Numbered from the stretch's first letter, positions 1-7,181 are shown. The stretch: 26,289 bases of DNA from an uncultured Rhizobium sp. (GCA_964614815.1 CAZTMG010000011.1:1-26289), one strand, 5' to 3'. Notes: generated by a model not told the origin, from the letters alone. Numbers and translations are program-made.

Positions 1-294
1 CAGAAAAAAGTTACCGAGCGAAATCAGTCGGTTGCTAACCAGAACTGCTGGAAACACGCGACCAGATCCGGCCGGGCGTCTTCCTGTGCTAGAGTTGCTC
101 ATGGTCGACAAGTGGGTCAGCGCGAGGCGCATGGCCACGAACTCGCGAAGACACAGACCAGCGACGCCTTCGCACGACGCACCTGACGGCCTGCATTCAC
201 AACAACCGGTGATGTGAACCGCCCTCGCCCGGCGCGGCCGCGCCCTTTCGCGCGCGTGCTGGCGCGGGGGCGGCCGCCGGGAACGGAGATCAAG

Positions 295-1389
295 GTGAGA
301 CTGTTCAGGAAACGGGAGACGAAGACGGCCGTGCCGATGACCGCGATCTCCGACCTGCGCGCGGCGCAATGGTCGGGCGCGGGTCAGCTGGCGCGCGAGG
401 GATTCGAGCGCAATCCGGTGGCGTATCGCTGCATCCGCATGATTTCGGAGGCGGCGGCGAGCATCCGCCTTGCGCCTGTGGACGACAGGGATGCCGTGGC
501 GCGGCTGATCGAACGGCCCAACAGCGAGGAGCATGGCGCCGACCTGATGGAGGCGTTCTATGCGCACCTCGTGGTGTCGGGCGACGCCTTCCTCGAGGCG
601 GTGTCGATCGAGGGCGAGGTGCGCGAGCTTCATGTGCTGCGGCCCGACCGGATGCGGGCGCTGAAGGGGCCGCGCGGCTGGCCGCTTGCGTGGGAGCATC
701 GCGTCGGCGGCGAGGTGCGGCGCATCGCGCGGGAGGCGGACGGGTTCATGCCGGTGCTGCATGTGCGGCTCTATCATCCGGCGGATGACTATGAAGGGCA
801 TTCGCCGCTGGAAGCTGCGGCGCGGGCGGTGGATGTGCACAATGGCGGGGCTGCATGGGCGAAGGCGCTCATCGACAATGCGGCGCGGCCTTCGGGCGCG
901 CTGGTCTATGACGGCGCGAGCGACCTCACCGAGGAGCAGCTGGCCGAGCTGCGCGACGACCTGCAGCGGACCTACCAGGGCGCGGCGAATGCGGGGCGGC
1001 CGATGCTGCTGTCAGGCGGGCTGGACTGGAAACCGATGAGCCTCTCGCCGGCCGACATGGATTTCGTTGAGCAGCGCAATGTGGCGGCGCGCGAGATCGC
1101 GCTGGCCTTCGGCGTGCCGCCGATGCTTCTGGGCATACCGGGCGATGCAACCTACGCCAACTATCGCGAGGCGAACGCGGCCTTCTGGCGGCTGACCGTG
1201 CTGCCGCTGGCATGCAAGGCGGCGCGCGCGATCAGCGGCTGGCTGGCGATGCGGATGGACGGCGCGGCGGCGCCGGATCTCAATGACCTGCCGGCCTTCC
1301 AAGAGGACATCGCGAACAAGTGGTCGCGGATCGATGCCGCGTCATTCCTCAGCGTGGAGGAGAAGCGGAGGCTGGCCGGCGTGATCTGA
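295..1389 (+). CDS. Phage portal protein, HK97 family (GTA g3), 364 aa
   Basis: Motifs NPVAYRCIRMISEAAA, GDAFLE, LRPDRM, GHSPLEAA, NAARPSGAL, NAGRPMLLSGGLDWKPMSLSPADMDF, FGVPPMLLG, TYANYREAN. Start moved from the track's 214 to GTG 295, which follows a GGAG RBS. Confidence 0.95.
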   Translation: MRLFRKRETKTAVPMTAISDLRAAQWSGAGQLAREGFERNPVAYRCIRMISEAAASIRLAPVDDRDAVARLIERPNSEEHGADLMEAFYAHLVVSGDAFLEAVSIEGEVRELHVLRPDRMRALKGPRGWPLAWEHRVGGEVRRIAREADGFMPVLHVRLYHPADDYEGHSPLEAAARAVDVHNGGAAWAKALIDNAARPSGALVYDGASDLTEEQLAELRDDLQRTYQGAANAGRPMLLSGGLDWKPMSLSPADMDFVEQRNVAAREIALAFGVPPMLLGIPGDATYANYREANAAFWRLTVLPLACKAARAISGWLAMRMDGAAAPDLNDLPAFQEDIANKWSRIDAASFLSVEEKRRLAGVI

Positions 1390-1446
1390 AGAGCCTGGCG
1401 CGTTCGCGTCTGAAACGGCCTTGGCGCTGGCGCGCCTGGGGTGGGC

Positions 1447-1480
1447 GAGCGGGCGGCCTTCGGGTCGCCCGCTCTTTTTT
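1447..1480 (+). terminator. Intrinsic terminator after portal
   Basis: 12-bp stem GAGCGGGCGGCC / GGTCGCCCGCTC (one G-U), C(UUCG)G tetraloop, then TTTTTT at 1475-1480. Confidence 0.9.
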
Positions 1481-1500
1481 CAAGCAAGGAGAAGCGACGC

Positions 1501-1689
1501 ATGAAGGATGTGATCGTGAACTATATCATCGACAGGCTGCGCGAGTTTTCGACTTGGCGCGGCATCGCCGCGCTGGCGGCGACGGGCGGCGTGCTGATCG
1601 CGCCGGAACAGCTGGACGCGGTGTACAAGACGTTCATCGCGGTGCTGGGCCTGGCGGCCGTTTTCACGCCGAGCCGGAAGGCGGCGTAA
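1501..1689 (+). CDS. Small two-TM protein, holin-like (STWRG motif), 62 aa
   Basis: AAGGAG RBS, ATG 1501. Two hydrophobic segments (GIAALAATGGVLIAP; FIAVLGLAAVF), basic C-terminus, and an ExSTWRG motif I associate with small phage membrane proteins. The CDS looks solid; the holin function is inferred. Confidence 0.6.
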   Translation: MKDVIVNYIIDRLREFSTWRGIAALAATGGVLIAPEQLDAVYKTFIAVLGLAAVFTPSRKAA

Positions 1690-1702
1690 GACGCAGGTGT
1701 TC

Positions 1703-1724
1703 TCCTCCCCCGAACGGGGGAGGA
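1703..1724. repeat. Palindromic hairpin between convergent genes (REP-like / bidirectional terminator)
   Basis: TCCTCCCCC-GAAC-GGGGGAGGA, perfect 9-bp stem. Confidence 0.6.
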
Positions 1725-1729
1725 TGAAG

Positions 1730-1912
1730 TCAGGTCGACCGCTTCACCAGGCCAAGCTCGTGGGCGCGTGCGAAGGCCTGTTCCGGGGTACGGGAGAGGC
1801 GAGCGGCGATCTCCGTCATGGCGCGATTGGCGCGGACAAGGCGGCGGAGTTCGCTGTCCTGCGCGGGCGTCCACGGATGGGTGGAGGTGCGGATGTGGGT
1901 CGGCGCGTTCAT
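1730..1912 (-). CDS. Small HTH protein resembling the GcrA N-terminal DNA-binding (Myb/SANT-like) domain, 60 aa
   Basis: AAGGGAG RBS 7 nt before ATG. WTPAQDSELRRLVRANRAMTEIAARLSRTPEQAFARAHELGL matches the W-T..L++L....IA..L......H.LGL pattern of GcrA-type HTHs. Confidence 0.65.
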   Translation of the reverse strand: MNAPTHIRTSTHPWTPAQDSELRRLVRANRAMTEIAARLSRTPEQAFARAHELGLVKRST

Positions 1913-1999
1913 GGCGTTGCTCCCTTCGGCAAGGAAAAGACCGCCCTAATCGTCCCTTGGGCCGATCTGGGGCTTTTGGACGGAATTTCAACCGGAAGG

Positions 2000-2101
2000 T
2001 CAGGCCAAGACTGACAGGCACATGAGCCCGATGAGGCCGACAGCGATGACGACGCGCACGCCCATGCGGACCATCGCGGCCGGACGAGTGGCTTCGGACA
2101 T
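2000..2101 (-). CDS. Putative 33-aa single-TM peptide (not in ORF track)
   Basis: Translates MSEATRPAAMVRMGVRVVIAVGLIGLMCLSVLA. GGAG RBS 9 nt upstream; starts 6 nt after the DUF262 stop. Confidence 0.5.
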   Translation of the reverse strand: MSEATRPAAMVRMGVRVVIAVGLIGLMCLSVLA

Positions 2102-2107
2102 GAAAAT

Positions 2108-2821
2108 CTACTCCGCTGCAACGCGATAACGGCTGGCAGGCTCAGGCGCGTTTCCGGGCCGGATGTCAGCCGCGGCCGCGTCCCGCGGCGGGGGGATGGC
2201 CGGGCGTGCGATGGGCGCAAGGGCTTCGCTTGCAGCGAGGGAGCGCACCACGGCCGTATGGTGCATCAGGAAATCCGTGATGCTGCGCAGGTCGTGCACG
2301 TCATAGTCCGAAAAGACGTGTTCCATGAAGCGCGCGGCGAGCAGGAGTTCACGCGGCGAGCCGGGCGGCGCGGTGGACGACAGGCGCGTGGTGGCGCCCG
2401 GCGGCAGGATGAAGTGGGCGAACCAGGCGTGATCCTCCGGCGTGAGCCGCAGGCGTGGTTCGGGAGGGCGGCCAAGGGCGCGCCGGACGAGCAGGCGGTC
2501 GAGTTCATTCCGCTCGCGATGCGTGGGCATGCGGTCACGCGCGAAGGCCAGGAACATGGCCAGCACGATGAGGCGTTGCTGGCCATCGAGCAGCGTATAG
2601 ACCCCGCCCTTGCGGCTCGCGACCGTTACGACGCCGAGATAGAGGCGCTCTTCGGAGACATCCTCCTCGTCTTCCGAATCATGGGCGGCGTTCTCGAGAT
2701 CGACGACGAGCTGCGCCACGAGCGGCGGGCCCCAGTGAAAGCCCTGTCGCCCGGCGCCGCACCTGTAGCGCGAACGCCCGGAAAACAGGCTCCGCACGGT
2801 GACGACGTTCGCACGCTTCAT
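2108..2821 (-). CDS. Stand-alone DUF262 (GmrS-like ParB/Srx-fold) protein, 237 aa
   Basis: YLGVVTV...LLDGQQRL hallmark motif. N-terminal YRCGAGRQGFHW is a degenerate Y.IP.YQR.Y.W. GGGAG RBS before ATG 2821; no C-terminal HNH domain visible. Confidence 0.75.
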   Translation of the reverse strand: MKRANVVTVRSLFSGRSRYRCGAGRQGFHWGPPLVAQLVVDLENAAHDSEDEEDVSEERLYLGVVTVASRKGGVYTLLDGQQRLIVLAMFLAFARDRMPTHRERNELDRLLVRRALGRPPEPRLRLTPEDHAWFAHFILPPGATTRLSSTAPPGSPRELLLAARFMEHVFSDYDVHDLRSITDFLMHHTAVVRSLAASEALAPIARPAIPPPRDAAAADIRPGNAPEPASRYRVAAE

Positions 2822-2890
2822 TGCCGGGACACTCCCGAAGCGACGCCGCCCAGCCCGAGAGTGACCCGATGGATAGCAGAGGAAACGGAG

Positions 2891-3112
2891 ATGATCGACA
2901 GGAAAATCACACTGGCGCTGATCCTTGCGCTGATCGTTGAATCGGCGGGCGTATTCATGTGGGCCGGGGCCACGGCCGAACGGCTCGACGAGCTGGAGGC
3001 GCGCGTTTCGTCGCAGGCCGTGATGGTCGAGCGGCTGGCGCGAGTCGAAGTCCAGCTCGAACAGGCGAACGCGCAGCTGAAGCGCATTGCGCAGAAAGTG
3101 GATGCGCTGTGA
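2891..3112 (+). CDS. GTA g3.5-like small protein (N-terminal TM + coiled coil), 73 aa
   Basis: MIDRKITLALILALIVESAGVFMWAGATAERLDELE; sits directly before the protease with a TGATG overlap; AGAGGA RBS. Confidence 0.75.
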   Translation: MIDRKITLALILALIVESAGVFMWAGATAERLDELEARVSSQAVMVERLARVEVQLEQANAQLKRIAQKVDAL

Positions 3113-3582
3113 TGCGGTCACTGGTGATCGAGGGGTATGCCTCGCTGTTCGGCGTCGAGGATCTGGCGGGCGACGTGGTGCGGGCGGGGGCGTTCACGCG
3201 GACCCTGGCCCGCGGCGGATCCGTCGGCATGTTGCTGGCCCATGTGGGCGGCCGGACGGCGGGCCGCTGGACCACGCTGCGCGAGGATGGACGCGGCCTG
3301 TTCGCACGCGGGTTCGTTTCGGACGCGACACCGGCCGGGGCGGCGGCGCTGAAGCTGATCGAAGCCGGGAAACTGGACGGGCTGTCCATCGGGTTCGTTG
3401 CGCGGGACTGGTCGCCGCGCGTCGGCCGCGGGCGGGAGCTGAAGGAGATCGAACTCCGGGAGATTTCACTGGTGACCTCCCCGATGCTGCCGGGGGCGCG
3501 GTTCACCGCGCCGGGCAGTGGAGAAAAAGTTACCGCTGGCGGGGGCGGCCTGACGCAGCGTCAGGCTTTCCGCTGGGGGTAA
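3112..3582 (+). CDS. HK97-family prohead protease (GTA g4), 156 aa
   Basis: IEGYASLFG..D..GDVV..GAF, LDGLSIGF, EISLVTSPM.PGAR. Start at ATG 3112 (or GTG 3109), coupled to g3.5. Confidence 0.93.
   Translation: MRSLVIEGYASLFGVEDLAGDVVRAGAFTRTLARGGSVGMLLAHVGGRTAGRWTTLREDGRGLFARGFVSDATPAGAAALKLIEAGKLDGLSIGFVARDWSPRVGRGRELKEIELREISLVTSPMLPGARFTAPGSGEKVTAGGGGLTQRQAFRWG
3548..3566. promoter_or_regulatory. Perfect inverted repeat, candidate operator upstream of the 3664 gene
   Basis: GCCTGACGC-A-GCGTCAGGC (9-bp arms), flanked by GTTAC (3529) and GTAAC (3579, 3589). Confidence 0.35.
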
Positions 3583-3663
3583 CGGGGCGTAACACTGCGA
3601 GGGGAAACCCGCGTGAACCACCGGACGCAGACTCCGGGGAGGACGCGACGGAGGAGAACGGCC

Positions 3664-4728
3664 ATGAAAACGAGATTGCTGGCTGCGACGGCCCTGTGCG
3701 TCGCCGCCATGCTGGGCGCAGGCGCGGCTTCAGCCCAGGCGCCGGGCTACACGCCCCCCAAGACGAGCTGGGGCGCGCCGGACCTGCAGGGGTTCTGGAA
3801 CAATACCTCGATCACCAGCCTCCAGCGTCCGCCTGACGCCAAGAGCCTGGTGGTCGACCAGAAGGAAGCGGACCGGCTGGTGAACCGCAATGTCCTGGTC
3901 GTGCTGACCAAGGAGGACAATTCGCGCAACGGCGAGGACCCGAACAACACCAAGATCCTCGAGGATGGCAACAACGATCGCGGCTACAACGCCTTCTGGA
4001 TCGATCCGGGCTCGAAGCTGGCGACAGTGAAGGGCGAGCTCAGGACGTCGTGGATCGTGGAGCCGGCGAACGGCCGCATCCCCTACAAGCCGGGCGCGGC
4101 GCGCGGCGGCGGCTATGCGATCACGAATTTCGACGGACCGGAAGTCCGCCCCATGGCGGAGCGCTGCGTGCTCAGCTTCTCGGGCTCGTACGGGCCGGTG
4201 ATGCAGAACAGCATGTACAACAACACCTTCCAGTTCGTGCAGACGCCCGGGTCGGTGATGATCCTCGTCGAGATGAACCACGATGTGCGGAACATACCGA
4301 TCGTGGCGAGCGCGGCGGAGGCGAAGCACGGACCGGTGCCGAAATGGGGCGGCGACTCCGTCGGCTGGTATGAAGGCAACACGCTGGTAGTGAAGACCAC
4401 GAATGTGCATCCGAACCAGCGCGCCCTGATTTCGCCCACGGGCATGCTTACCGAACGCTTCACGCGCTGGGACGATCACCAGATCCTCTACGAGTTCGAG
4501 GTGGACGATCCCTCGCTCTACAGCCAGGTGTGGAAGGGCGAGATGGCGCTGAACACAAGCAAGCCGATGTACGAGTATGCCTGCCACGAAGGCAATCACG
4601 CCATGCCTGGCATCCTCGGCGGCGCGCGCCAGCTGGAGCGCGAAGGCAAGGTGCCGGGCATGGGGCCGGGCATTGCGGCGGGACTCGTCCTGCCCCGCGA
4701 CGAGGCGGGCGGCGAGGGCTTCAACTAG
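3664..4728 (+). CDS. Secreted conserved hypothetical protein (PDLQGxW ... YEYACHEGN family), 354 aa
   Basis: GAGGAG RBS; Sec signal peptide ending ASA-Q; strong C-ending codon bias; motifs WGAPDLQGFW, ERC, YEYACHEGN. Confidence 0.85.
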   Translation: MKTRLLAATALCVAAMLGAGAASAQAPGYTPPKTSWGAPDLQGFWNNTSITSLQRPPDAKSLVVDQKEADRLVNRNVLVVLTKEDNSRNGEDPNNTKILEDGNNDRGYNAFWIDPGSKLATVKGELRTSWIVEPANGRIPYKPGAARGGGYAITNFDGPEVRPMAERCVLSFSGSYGPVMQNSMYNNTFQFVQTPGSVMILVEMNHDVRNIPIVASAAEAKHGPVPKWGGDSVGWYEGNTLVVKTTNVHPNQRALISPTGMLTERFTRWDDHQILYEFEVDDPSLYSQVWKGEMALNTSKPMYEYACHEGNHAMPGILGGARQLEREGKVPGMGPGIAAGLVLPRDEAGGEGFN

Positions 4729-4756
4729 GACTTCTGGCGGGAGACGGGATGGTGAG

Positions 4757-4790
4757 AGGGGCGCGGTCGAGGCCGCGCCCCTTCTTCATT
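4757..4790 (+). terminator. Intrinsic terminator after the secreted protein, upstream of capsid
   Basis: AGGGGCGCGG(T) / (G)CCGCGCCCCT stem with CGAG loop, then TCTTCATT. Confidence 0.7.
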
Positions 4791-4879
4791 CTCCCGGGAC
4801 TTCCGGCGCCGTCCCGGCGCGGCGCGCCGCGCGGTCTTTCATGGCCGCTTTGCGAATGAAGGCCGAAGGCCGGAAACAG

Positions 4880-4913
4880 CGACCGCGATGCTTCGCGGCG
4901 GTCGATGCTTTTT
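4880..4913 (+). terminator. Terminator-like hairpin in the capsid leader
   Basis: CGACCGC...GCGGTCG stem followed by ATGCTTTTT, about 25 nt before capsid ATG. Confidence 0.45.
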
Positions 4914-4937
4914 GAGCGAAGCGAACAAGGGAAACCC

Positions 4938-6173
4938 ATGACAATCGAGACGAAGATGAGCGCCCCGGCAGGGGCGAATGCCGAAGCGCGTCTGCTTTCG
5001 GCAGACGTGCTGGCGGCGTTCGAGGCGCTGAAGGCGGCGAACGATGCGCGGATCGACGAGATCGAGAAGCGCGGCGCGGCCGATCCTCTTCTGGACGCCA
5101 AGCTGAAGAAGATCGAGCAGACGCTGGACAGACAGCGCACGGCGCTGGAGCGGCTGGCGCTGGAGCAGGCAAGGCCGGCGATCGGCGATGATCCGCGCCG
5201 GACAGACCCCGAACACAAGTCGGCCTGGAGCGCCTATCTGCGCAAGGGCGACGACAGCGGCATCGCCAGGCTGGACCTCAAGTCGCTGAATGTCGGCACC
5301 GAGGCGCAGGGCGGCTATGTGGCGCCGCCGGAGCTCGACCGGCTGATCGAACAGCGGCTGACGGCGTCCTCGCCGATGCGGCAGATTGCAACCGTGCGCC
5401 AGACGTCGGCCACGGTGTTCCGCAAGCCTGTCAGCCTGGGAGCCGCGTCGTCCTGGGTGAGCGAGACGGGAGCCCGCGCGGAGACGACAGCGCCGCAGCT
5501 CGATCTGCTCGAGTTTCCAGCGGCGGAGCTCTACGCGATGCCGGCGGCGACGCAGACGCTGCTGGATGACGCCTATGCCGACATCGACGAGTGGCTGGCG
5601 GACGAGGTGGAGGCAAGCTTCTCGGCGCAGGAGTCGGCCGCATTCGTGAACGGCGACGGGGTCGGGCGACCGAAAGGGTTCCTCGATCAGGAGATGATCG
5701 CCGACGCCTCCCACGCATGGGGAAAGATCGGATACATCCTGTCCGGAGCGGACGGCGCGTTCGCCGCCACCAATCCGGCGGACCGGCTGATCGACCTGGT
5801 CTACGCCCTCAAGAGCCAGTTCAGGGCCAATGCGCGGTTCGTCATGAACCGGCGCACGGTTTCGGCTGTGCGCAAGCTGAAGGACGGCGACGACAACTAT
5901 CTCTGGCGGCCCGGCATGGCGGGCGAGTCGGCCAGCCTGCTCGGCTATCCGGTGACGGAGATCGAGGACATGCCGGACATGGCCGAGGACTCGTTCTCCA
6001 TCGCGTTCGGCGATTTCCGTCGCGGCTACCTGATCGTGGACCGCCAGGGCGCGCGCGTGCTGCGCGACCCCTATTCTCAGAAGCCCTACGTGCTGTTCTA
6101 CACGACCAAGCGCGTGGGCGGGGGCGTGCAGCACTTCGACGCAATCAAGGTGATGAAGTTCGCCGCCGCGTAG
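4938..6173 (+). CDS. HK97-fold major capsid protein (GTA g5), 411 aa
   Basis: N-terminal coiled-coil delta domain, GGYVAPPE, SPMRQIA, ELYAMPAATQTLLDD, FVNGDGVGRPKGFL, FVMNR..V..VRKLKDGDDNYLW, FGDFRRGYLIVDR, VLFYTTKRVGGGV. AAGGG RBS before ATG 4938. Confidence 0.97.
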   Translation: MTIETKMSAPAGANAEARLLSADVLAAFEALKAANDARIDEIEKRGAADPLLDAKLKKIEQTLDRQRTALERLALEQARPAIGDDPRRTDPEHKSAWSAYLRKGDDSGIARLDLKSLNVGTEAQGGYVAPPELDRLIEQRLTASSPMRQIATVRQTSATVFRKPVSLGAASSWVSETGARAETTAPQLDLLEFPAAELYAMPAATQTLLDDAYADIDEWLADEVEASFSAQESAAFVNGDGVGRPKGFLDQEMIADASHAWGKIGYILSGADGAFAATNPADRLIDLVYALKSQFRANARFVMNRRTVSAVRKLKDGDDNYLWRPGMAGESASLLGYPVTEIEDMPDMAEDSFSIAFGDFRRGYLIVDRQGARVLRDPYSQKPYVLFYTTKRVGGGVQHFDAIKVMKFAAA

Positions 6174-6301
6174 AGGGAAGGCGGCAAGTCGGGCGAGCCT
6201 GATCCGGAGTTGACGCATGAGCAGAAACTGACGGGTTCCCAACTCGACGGCTGCGCCGGCGATGCCTTAGCCTCGCCGGCGACAGCTGGAGACTCCCCCG
6301 C

Positions 6302-6676
6302 ATGGGTTCACCCTCGCCTGACGCAACTGCGAATCTCTTCATCGAACGGTTCAATGCAGGAGATGCGGCTGGATTTGCGCTCCTTTATGCGGAGGACGCG
6401 GTCTTCACCTATGACGGTCAGGAAAGAGCTGTCGGGCGGAGCCAGATCGAGCGGGCGATCGCCGGCTTCATGCTGGCGGGGTTCAAGATGCGGGGGCGGA
6501 ATGTGACGACGCACGTGGCGGGGGACATTGCCCTCACGCGCTTTGCCTGGGAACTGCATGACGCGCAGGACGCAACCGTGGCCTCTGGCGTTTCGACCGA
6601 GGTGCAGCGGCGGGGGGCGGACGGGCTCTGGCGGTTTGTCATCGACGATACGGCGGGCGGAAGCCGGACGCCTTGA
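6302..6676 (+). CDS. NTF2-like / SnoaL-like (YybH, DUF4440) protein, 124 aa
   Basis: F..RFNAGD...F..LYAEDAVF...G...GR..I ... EVQRRGADGLWRFVIDD. Confidence 0.85.
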   Translation: MGSPSPDATANLFIERFNAGDAAGFALLYAEDAVFTYDGQERAVGRSQIERAIAGFMLAGFKMRGRNVTTHVAGDIALTRFAWELHDAQDATVASGVSTEVQRRGADGLWRFVIDDTAGGSRTP

Positions 6677-6725
6677 TCTCGCCGGCGGCCTGGCGATTAT
6701 GCCGCGCAATCATGCGGAGGCTGAC

Positions 6726-7103
6726 ATGGGCGTGGACAGGCCGGAAGACATGGCCGAGGTCTTCAAGCAGCGTTTCAACGATCGGGACGAGGCCGGACTG
6801 CTGGCGCTGTACGCGCCGGATGCGGCGTTCACGATGGACGGTCAGGCGATCGCGCGCGGGACTGACGCGATCAGGGCGGCGATGGCCGGGATGCTGGCGT
6901 CGCCGTTCCGGATGAAGGGCGCGTATGTGAGCGTGCTGACGGCGGGCGATGTCGCCGTGTGCAAGCTGCGCTGGGAGATGCTCAACGCCGAGGGCTGGAT
7001 CGAGATGGATGGCGTGTCGCTGGAGGTGCTGAAGCGCGGCGGCGACGGGAAGTGGCGCTTCGCCATCGATGATGCCACAGGATGTTCGCGCGAACAGGAG
7101 TAG
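6726..7103 (+). CDS. NTF2-like / SnoaL-like (YybH, DUF4440) protein, tandem paralog, 125 aa
   Basis: FKQRFNDRD..GLLALYAPDAAF..DG..IARG..AI ... EVLKRGGDGKWRFAIDD. GGAGG RBS before ATG 6726. Confidence 0.85.
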   Translation: MGVDRPEDMAEVFKQRFNDRDEAGLLALYAPDAAFTMDGQAIARGTDAIRAAMAGMLASPFRMKGAYVSVLTAGDVAVCKLRWEMLNAEGWIEMDGVSLEVLKRGGDGKWRFAIDDATGCSREQE

Positions 7104-7143
7104 GCTGCCAGCAGCCCTGCTTCAGCGCCTCGCACGATCCCGG

Positions 7144-7167
7144 CTTCCCCCGCTTGCGCGGGGGAAG
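7144..7167. repeat. Palindromic hairpin between convergent genes (REP-like / bidirectional terminator)
   Basis: CTTCCCCCGC-TTGC-GCGGGGGAAG, perfect 10-bp stem; GCAA (GNRA) loop on the minus strand. Confidence 0.65.
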
Positions 7168-7181
7168 AGCTGGTCGGCGCC

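Noticed and set aside
32-217. 61-aa ORF upstream of portal
   Set aside because: TTG start, no RBS, no recognisable motif, atypical codons; treated as intergenic.
2258-3121. Long overlapping ORFs on both strands (2258-3112 +, 2108-3121 -)
   Set aside because: Each is a real gene (g3.5 from 2891; DUF262 from 2821) plus a stop-free extension over the other gene, which is common in GC-rich DNA.
231-4832. Perfect GC-only palindromes at 231-244 and 4817-4832 sharing CCCGGCGCGGC upstream of portal and capsid
   Set aside because: Pure G/C words are expected by chance at this GC content, and their distances to the starts differ.
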